A stretch of DNA of 64,000 nt from Octopus sinensis (lineage: Eukaryota): positions 26,970,001 to 27,034,000 of the forward strand of contig NC_043000.1 in assembly GCF_006345805.1 (NCBI RefSeq), given 5' to 3'. How positions within the stretch are numbered: the stretch's first letter is position 1; each line of letters opens with the position of its first letter. The notes below the pieces were generated by a model. The model was not told the DNA's origin. It was given only the letters and a program-made list of their open reading frames with translations, and ran no database searches. Positions 54,985-64,000 of this stretch are shown piece by piece. Both the position numbers and the translations under genes were made by a program.

Positions 54985-55590
54985 GATTGAGTGCACAACT
55001 CTGGACAACGTGTAGAGCTGTACATACCTGGGAAGCTGCCTTTCCTCAAACTGCAGCATGGCAAATATGTCACCATGAGGCTTGCAAAAGCAGGAGCTTC
55101 ATTTGGCAGACTATGGAAACTTGTGTGGGCCGAACGAGGCATCAGACTTTCCACCAAGCTGGCAGCCCTCATCATGAAGGCCCAACTCTGGTGGGTCGGA
55201 CCTGTAGTCTGAATGGATGACGTGCGTCAAACAAAAAGATGAACTTCTTCTCTGGGCTGGCTTCTGGAGCCAGAAACCCTGGAATGCCACTGAGGTGGTA
55301 CAAGGACAGCCTGAAAACTTCCTTTGAGGCCTGCGGCATTTCAGCCCGTGACTGGGAATCGGTTGCCTCTGACCGCGGCGCCTGGCGTCCAGCTGTCCAG
55401 AAGCGTGTTAGGCTGTTCGAGGAAAAGCGCCTCAAGAGCCTGGACCAGGAGCGACAACCCCGAAAAGATAGGATCCCCAACCCTACTTCTGCTGTTATGT
55501 GCCCAACATGTGGCGGCGTATGCGCGTCCGCCTTTGGGTTCCGCTCCCACCTCCGGCGTAACTGATGTAATTGTCGAACCCCAACAGACT
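54985..55590 (+). mobile_element. RTE-clade LINE 3' end, internally deleted
   Basis: RLAKAGASFGRLWKLVWAERGIRLSTKL; AQLWWVGPV; WYKDSLKTSF; ASDRGAWR; CPTCGGVCASAFGFRSHLR. Confidence 0.9.
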
Positions 55591-55751
55591 TCCATTATTA
55601 TTACCAATATATAGCTATTACAATTTCAACATACTGCTTCTTACTATGCAGAATCTGGAAGATAAAATTGGTTCCTATTCTATACTCGAATTGTGGAATC
55701 GTGATTACGCTACCATGTATTGTATGGATACACAAATATTGAAGTGACTTC

Positions 55752-56456
<705 letters not shown>

Positions 56457-56460
56457 AATA

Positions 56461-56494
<34 letters not shown>

Positions 56495-56589
56495 ATATAT
56501 ATATTATATATGTATGTATATATATATTATATATATATGTATGTATATATATATTATATATATATGTATATATATGTTTACATATAAGA

Positions 56590-56795
56590 GACCAAATTGT
56601 ACGTACGCCGCTATATTTTTTTTATATAAAATAACAAAATGAGACAAGAACGCAAAACATCCAAACAGATGATACAAAGAAAACAAGGACGGGTCATTCG
56701 GTGATTTTTTTAACTTAGTCGAGTTCCAGATTATCTTTGCAATTTCGGCTGGTTATACTCGAGATTGCTCCAATCTGGCCAGCCCCAAACAAAAA
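56590..56795. repeat. Dispersed repeat (related partial copy in opposite orientation at ~47865-47975)
   Basis: aagaacgcaaaacatcca.acag..gatacaaa..aaaacaaggac/tgggtcattcg shared. Confidence 0.6.
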
Positions 56796-57252
56796 ACTAT
56801 ATATATATATAGTTTTTTAAATGTCTTACTTTGTTTTTTAAATGTCTTACTTTGAAAAATTGCATTCGGTGGGATTAGTAATATTTTTGGTAGAAATGAC
56901 TAATTGTCCCTCTTAGCGTGTGGCATGTATGTATAATGCCATCTGGCATGTATGTATAATGCCCTCTCTATATATAAATTAATATGTTCAATAAGAAATA
57001 ATTATTTTCGAAATTTTTTCTCTTATGAGGTTTTCACGCTATCTACCTGACAATTTCTTGTTAAGTTTTCCTTATTAAGTAGTTGTCCTTAATTGCTAAA
57101 TTTTTATTCCGAAAAAACTTTTCCTTTCTCGAAATGCAATTCGAAAAAAGTCTGACATTTACAGGATGTAATATATGTAAACTCACCCATGTGCTTCGTT
57201 GATGTTGATCAGTTAGCTGATCGGCTTAAGCGAGGCAGGGTCGTTTATGTAT

Positions 57253-57314
57253 GATATATCCAGGCCTGCTGATGAATACGTTAGTATGAAATCACTGTGA
57301 TACAGGTCTATATT
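57253..57314 (+). ncRNA. Type I hammerhead ribozyme, copy 1 (predicted cleavage after 57302, AUA triplet)
   Basis: ggcctg-CTGATGA-atac(gtta)gtat-GAAA-tca(ctg)tga-TA-caggtc; extended stem gatata/tatatt beyond a tcca bulge. Confidence 0.85.
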
Positions 57315-57729
57315 TTTTAAATGTCTTACTTTGAAAAATTGCATTCGGTGGGATTAGTAATATTTTTGGTAGAAATGACTAATTGTCCCTCTTAGCGTGT
57401 GGCATGTATGTATAATGCCATCTGGCATGTATGTATAATGCCCTCTATATATAAATTAATATGTTCAATAAGAAATAATTATTTTCGAAATTTTTTCTCT
57501 TATGAGGTTTTCACGCTATCTACCTGACAATTTCTTGTTAAGTTTTCCTTATTAAGTAGTTGTCCTTAATTGCTAAATTTTTATTCCGAAAAAACTTTTC
57601 CTTTCCCGAAATGCAATTCGAAAAAAGTCTGACATTTATAGGATGTAATATATGTAAACTCACCCATGTGCTTCGTTGATGTTGATCAGTTAGCTGATCG
57701 GCTTAAGCGAGGCAGGGTCGTTTATGTAT

Positions 57730-57791
57730 GATATATCCAGGCCTGCTGATGAATACGTAAGTATGAAATCACTGTGATACAGGTCTATATT
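57730..57791 (+). ncRNA. Type I hammerhead ribozyme, copy 2 (predicted cleavage after 57779)
   Basis: Same fold; loop II is GUAA (GNRA). Confidence 0.87.
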
Positions 57792-58049
57792 TTTTAAATG
57801 TCTTACTTTGAAAAATTGCATTCGGTGGGATTAGTAATATTTTTGGTAGAAATGACTAATTGTCCCTCTTAGCGTGTGGCATGTATGTATAATGCCATCT
57901 GGCATGTATGTATAATGCCCTCTATATATAAATTAATATGTTCAATAAGAAATAATTATTTTCGAAATTTTTTCTCTTATGAGGTTTTCACACTATCTAC
58001 CTGACAATTTCTTGTTAAGTTTTCCTTATTAAGTAGTTGTCCTTAATTG

Positions 58050-58050
<1 letters not shown>

Positions 58051-58089
<39 letters not shown>

Positions 58090-58092
58090 ATA

Positions 58093-58136
<44 letters not shown>

Positions 58137-58186
58137 TATATATATTTCTTTTTACTATTCTCTCTTGCTTTGTGAAGTGACTTTCT

Positions 58187-58219
<33 letters not shown>

Positions 58220-58252
58220 TATATATATATATATATATATGTATGTATATAT

Positions 58253-58299
<47 letters not shown>

Positions 58300-58303
58300 A
58301 TAA

Positions 58304-58337
<34 letters not shown>

Positions 58338-58355
58338 CATACATACATATATATA
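58051..58355. repeat. (TA)n microsatellite tracts
   Basis: Directly visible. Confidence 0.9.
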
Positions 58356-58696
58356 CATCACAAAGCAGGAGAGAATTGTATAAGGAAAATAAACTTGTTT
58401 AATAAAGAAGAATGCGACAAAGGATTAGTGATGTGTATAGTCTGAAATTTTTTCACAATGATAATATATCACTTCTCACTCCTTCAGAAATATCAGATTT
58501 ATAATTCATACAATACTAAGATGGATGGCAGGTGTTGAGAAAACATTAATTTCCAATAATTCATACTACACCCAACCCAAATATGCAGTCACTCTCTCGC
58601 TAGTCATGCCCATTCGCGTGGTATATATATATACATATATGCATACTTACATACATTCATACATACATTCATACATACATACACACACACACACAT

Positions 58697-58730
<34 letters not shown>

Positions 58731-59129
58731 GTATGTATATATTCTCATGCATATACAATCACACATGCGTACGTAGTCGCACACTCTTACACACATGCAC
58801 ATATATATGTATACCCTAAAATGCCGTTAGAGCCTTATTTGACAAGTGTCCATCTGTCTGCTGTTTCTTCCATCAAAATCTACCCACGGCAATGTCAGAT
58901 TCTAGACACCTTACATCAATTGATGCCACAAAACGGAACGTAGGTAATCCGAGTATAATGAAAGCTATCATCATCACTAATCCAAACCCTGTATTATACC
59001 CTATTAATACTTTGCCTATCCAAAGCGTTATAACAAGTTTGTCTTGCTTGTTTTCAGACGTTTTGTTAGTCCTTCATTCATGTTTTGAGTAATTCAAAGC
59101 TTAACTCCAAATTAATTTTTCTGGAGAGA

Positions 59130-59201
<72 letters not shown>

Positions 59202-60021
59202 CTTATCCAAGAAATATTGAAATATAAGATAGAAGTGCAAACATTTCACTTATCTTACCTCTTATACCAAGTTTTGAATCGGTTTTTGAAAAGCATAAAT
59301 AATTTACTCTATATCACACAGTACTTCATCGAAGCTGTACTATTCTAAAATTTTATCGTAATAAAATAATTAAAGTTCATTAAATTTCCATTAACCTTTT
59401 TGGAAAATCTGAAATAGCACATATGTTTAACGAACGAGGTACTTTTTAAAATTTTTACTTCATAAAGCAACTTCTGAACAGGATATAATATAAAGAATAT
59501 GTTCAGGGGAAAATAACTTGTGGTTCGTTCTTTATACGAAATTCAGCAGGCTTAAGTTATCCCTCTGGGCTGTTAACTTTTGATTTAGACATCCATAGAG
59601 GATGTTTTTGTCTACTAATTACTTGTATAATATCACTTGAACGAAATGTTTCGATTAAATGTAATAATGCACGTGAGCATTCGAAATTTCAAGAAAATCT
59701 CGAATTACTTTTGGGTTTTGAATTGTTTGATATCAACCACTACGAGTTGCTGTTTAAATGATGTTGATGACAACGAGAATTAAGATAAAGAAATTTATAG
59801 CATGTATATTTTTATTTTGCATGTATATTATATTTTACTGGTTTCACGTTTTTGCATCCGTCCATTTATAATTTTTCTGCATGGACTCAGCAATTAACAC
59901 GTTGCGGAATATGCATGGTCACAAGGAAGCTTCTATGTCATCATTCGATCTACTACAATTAGGCAGTTCGGTATCATATCACAATCTCTCTTCTTAAAAA
60001 GAATAACAGTAAATAAGATTG

Positions 60022-60662
60022 AAGGCGGCGAGCTGGCAGAAACGGACGAAATAGCACGCCGGGCGCAATAGCGGTATTTCGTCTGCCGCTACGTTCTGAG
60101 TTCAAGTTCCGCCGAGTTCGACTTTGCCTTTCATCCTTTCGGGGTCGATTAGATAAGTACCAGTTACGCACTGGGGTCGATATAATCGGCTTCATCCCCC
60201 TGTCTGTCCTTGTTTGTCCCCTCTATGTTTAGCGCCTTTTGGGCAATAAATAAATAAGAAACGATAGCACGCCGGGCGAAATGTTTAGCCGTATTTCGTC
60301 TGCCGCTACGTTCTGAGTTCAAATTCCGCCGAGGTCGACTTGCCTTTTATCCTTTCGGGGTCGATTAAATAAGTACCAGTTACGCACTGGGATCGATATA
60401 ATCGACTTAATCCGATTGTCTGTCCTTGTCTGTCCTCTCTGTGTTTAGCCCCTTGTGGGTAGTAAAGATATATGTTTAGCCGTATTTCGTCTGCCGCTAC
60501 GTTCTGAGTTCAAATTCCGCCGAGGTCGACTTTGCCTTCCTTTTGGAGTCGATAAATTAAGTACCAGTTACGAACTGGGGTTTATGTAATCGACTTGATC
60601 CGTTTGTCTCTCCTTGTTTGTCCTCTCTAGGTTTAGCCCCTTGTGGGTAATAAAGAAATAAG
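60022..60662 (+). mobile_element. Nin-domain-like SINE tandem trimer
   Basis: Three consecutive bodies (gtatttcgtctgccgctacgttctgagttcaa at ~60075, ~60290, ~60480). Confidence 0.92.
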
Positions 60663-62647
60663 ATAACCACTGTTACGCTAAGAATTGCAGGTTTGCTTTT
60701 CATCTACATGGTGCATAAACTGTTGAAGTCGTGAGTAGACTTTAGAAGGTACTATTTTGTTTGACTCTGCCCACTAAGATGCCAAAGCACATGACCATAT
60801 ATCTTTGTGTTTAATTTTCGCTAAATGGAAAAAACCCAAATCTCAGTCCTTTTTAGCTTCATGCATAAGACCATGATATCGGCAACTTTTGTGTCTTCCA
60901 GAAGTTGAGACAAACGGAATCCTGCTTCCTAAAGTGTTGTCGTCAGTTTGAAGAGTTAAACAATTCTTTCCATGTAGTTCAGCCACAACAACGATATTAT
61001 AAGCCGTACGAATTAATTGCTATTCTATCATATACGATACCGCTCACTAAAATGAATAAAAAATGAAAGAAAAAGCGATCGTTGTTCTTATCAAGCAATA
61101 TGTATTCATTTATCAGGGAACAAGTAAGAAATGATGAATAAATATATAACAAACTAGCTCTTAGTTTTACAGTTGTGCGCCATATAAATGTAACTGGCTG
61201 AGGAAAAGCAAATTTAATGACGAAAGAGGATGACTATAATAAAACTAAAAGATAAGAAAAGAATTAGATTTTAAAAGTTAAATAGAATTTAAAAAGATGT
61301 TTTCCCAAAACTCTGAGTTAAATACAATGTGTTTTAATGCCATGTCACATGCCACTTGTGGAGAAATATAAAACTTATTGTAACCCATATTAATGTTATA
61401 ATGTTATGTATTTTATTCTCTTTCCTTGTAATAAAATCAAATGTTTGCATTATAGAAAAAAAAAACCCTTTTAACGTGATTATATTTGTAGAAATATGAA
61501 ATGTTTTAATTTTTCTAAGCATGGGATTAATTATATTTTAAACCTTATAAATTGTCGTATTTAGAAACATATCGTTGATTTAATTTTATTATTAACATTA
61601 AGAAATATCTTGTTTTGGAAAATATCTTAGTTTTATTGGTTGTTGTGAATATTAATAAAATTTCATTTAACATTTATTTTATTGTAAACAACAAAAAATA
61701 GTGTGTACGTCAGCAAATATAGGAGTTTTGTTTTAATGGTAATGTCTTCCCTCGCAAAATTAAACAAAAAACAGGCTCTAATATTATTGTAAACATTAAA
61801 ACTACGTCCGTTGTAGTGTAATGGGTATTAGAGATGACTTTTTAGAGAAGTTGTGTTTTGTTTCAGACACCAAGTAAATTATGTGATGCTGTAAAACTGA
61901 GACAAAACTAAGTATAAATACCACATCTAGAAGAAAGCTAAACAGAAAACAAACGCCGCTTATCACGTAGAAACTCTACAGCATTTTATAAACAAAATGA
62001 AAATAAAACATACAATAACGAATATTTTATCATTTCACAATGTTTCATTCAATAATCTAGGACAGAAGTGAAAACAAAAAGATGAAAAAATAATTCAACA
62101 AAGCGAAGTGCCATTTTGGAACGATACCAAGCTGGTGCTTACAGTAAATCCTATCAGATTATGTTGAGTCATTATGTTTAACATTATCGTCTGCTACGAG
62201 AGATGTTTCTAATTTTTTTTTCTTTTTTCTGCGTTGAAAATGGACGTTTGCTCTCTATTTAACAAGCTATTACTTTTCCCTTATGATTTCCGATGTAAAA
62301 ATCAATATCTTACACAGTTTGATCCCGTGATCTTGAGATATTTCTTAGCGATAAAGACAGCAACAGGATGTTCATTCAACGGATCCAGATGAATGGATTA
62401 TTTGCTTTCTAGGTTTACAGAAAAGATACTAACTAAGAAAAACTTATTATTTTCTTACAGATACAAATATATAAAAAAGTAAACGAATGAAATCTTCTTT
62501 CTGTGAATCTAAATGTCGTGAATATATGACCAGTTTGAAATATACAAGAAAGGTTCTGTAAACACTATCTTCATAATTCATATTTACGATATCTCATACG
62601 ATAATATCAGTACGTATATTTACAACGACATGAGTGTATATATGTGT

Positions 62648-62698
<51 letters not shown>

Positions 62699-63006
62699 GA
62701 AGCAAATGATCTTTTATAGATAAAATGTTGAAAATAGAAAAAAGTAATCTAATTATTGTGTACAACATTAAGACTTTTAAAAATTATGGTGCAATGATAT
62801 TTGTTATAACGTAACACTTCAACAGAGGACATTGATAAAGATTTAGTACTCGTACCACGTATACCGACGTAATATTAAATGATAGTATAATGTGAGAGAT
62901 GTCTCTCCAAGATATTCCGTAAAAGCACACATACTCATATATGCATTCACACTCATACATTCTTTAAACATACACACATGTACAAATGTTCCTTTGAGGT
63001 ATACAC

Positions 63007-63108
<102 letters not shown>

Positions 63109-63215
63109 GTATTATAAGTTCAGCAAAATTTAGATTCAGATGAATATGGTACTTAAGTTAAAGGCACCAGAATTTGGTATGGTATTATCCATATAAATCA
63201 ACTGGGGTGATTATA

Positions 63216-63356
63216 ATCAAAATAAGCAACAAGGATATCCAAGGTAGTGTGGTACAATCGTTCCATGGTACTTCATTTTATTATTGTTTAATAAAATGAA
63301 GTAGCATGAAACGATTGTACTACACTACCTTGGATATCCTTGTTGCTTATTTTGAT
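63216..63356. repeat. Fold-back palindrome, 68-bp arms, 5-nt loop, 3 mismatches
   Basis: 63216-63283 versus 63289-63356. Confidence 0.93.
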
Positions 63357-63368
63357 ATATATATATAT

Positions 63369-63668
63369 ATAGAATGGTTGTATACTGTCAATCTAACAAG
63401 AACGTGACAGTAGGGGGTACACTACCGTTGTATAGCCCTAGGAGGCATCGAACGCCTCCTGACAGCTTCGACACATTTTTTTCCCTGTGTCCTTATATAC
63501 ATATACGAAGGGGGTGTTTGTCTCCCCTTCGTATATGTATATAAGGACACAGGGAAAAAAATGTGTCGAAGCTGTCAGGAGGCGTTCGATGCCTCCTAGG
63601 GCTATACAACGTTGGTGAACCCCCTACTGTCACGTCCTTGTTAGATTGACAGTATACAACCATTCTAT
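63369..63668. repeat. Fold-back palindrome (MITE-like), 145-bp arms, 10-nt loop, 4 mismatches
   Basis: 63369-63513 versus 63524-63668; each arm has an internal hairpin aggaggc..gcctcct. Confidence 0.93.
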
Positions 63669-63721
63669 CGCCCCACCACCGTACATGTCTCTACGAGAGA
63701 TTTAGAAATTCAACATTTCTT

Positions 63722-63753
<32 letters not shown>

Positions 63754-64000
63754 GTGTGTGTGTATGTATGTGCGTATGTATATGTATGTGTGTATATACG
63801 TGTGTAATTATATACACACACACACAGAGGATAATGAACCCCTTGAATCAAGAACGACCATGAGGTTCCACCTAGAAAATTCCATCCGAGTTACAAGTCC
63901 TTGTAGGGTACTTTGTGGAAGACCAACAATCGACCTACATACCAATCTCTTCTCTCTCCGTCACCGATATTGTCGTAGAGAAAGGCTAAGGTCGATACTG

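Larger units (their letters stand above)
56834..58050 (+). mobile_element. Tandem array of a 477-bp hammerhead-containing unit (~2.55 copies), non-LTR retrozyme-like
   Basis: Unit marker aatgtcttac recurs at 56841, 57320 and 57797. Units differ by a few substitutions. Both complete units carry a type I HHR, and both array ends abut (TA)n. Confidence 0.85.

Noticed and set aside
57205-57262. Pol III A-box-like tagctgatcgg inside the retrozyme unit
   Set aside because: Imperfect A box and no convincing B box; the promoter of the unit remains unknown.
56834-58050. CRISPR-like array or assembly duplication
   Set aside because: Units are contiguous 477-bp repeats without spacers, and unit-specific substitutions argue against an artefact.

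Overview
This is repeat-dense, AT-rich eukaryotic DNA. The SINE families and microsatellite load resemble an Octopus (coleoid cephalopod) genome; that assignment is inferred from recalled repeat families, not a database result. No intact protein-coding gene is recognisable, and most ORFs in the supplied track are translations of (TA)n/(CA)n/(TATC)n/(AAT)n microsatellites. The window holds many tRNA-derived SINEs (a Nin-domain-like family, a CORE-like family and a third family, several with clear target-site duplications). It also holds degraded Tx1/L1, RTE and Penelope-like (PLE) retroelements, a mariner remnant, Helitron/HINE-like non-autonomous elements and several long fold-back palindromes. 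The most interesting signal is a ~2.55-copy tandem array of a 477-bp unit (56834-58050). The two complete units each end in a complete type I hammerhead ribozyme (HHR) fold, with predicted cleavage sites exactly 477 nt apart, as expected for a non-LTR retrozyme-like element that could yield a circular RNA. A partial, HHR-less copy of the same unit at 33.6-33.9 kb has a perfect 74-bp fold-back. Further PLE-type HHR motifs occur at 15.2, 38.4, 37.0 and 43.4 kb, one of them 3' of a tRNA-like Pol III head. A few strong splice-signal candidates suggest the window may be largely intronic, but no host gene can be named.
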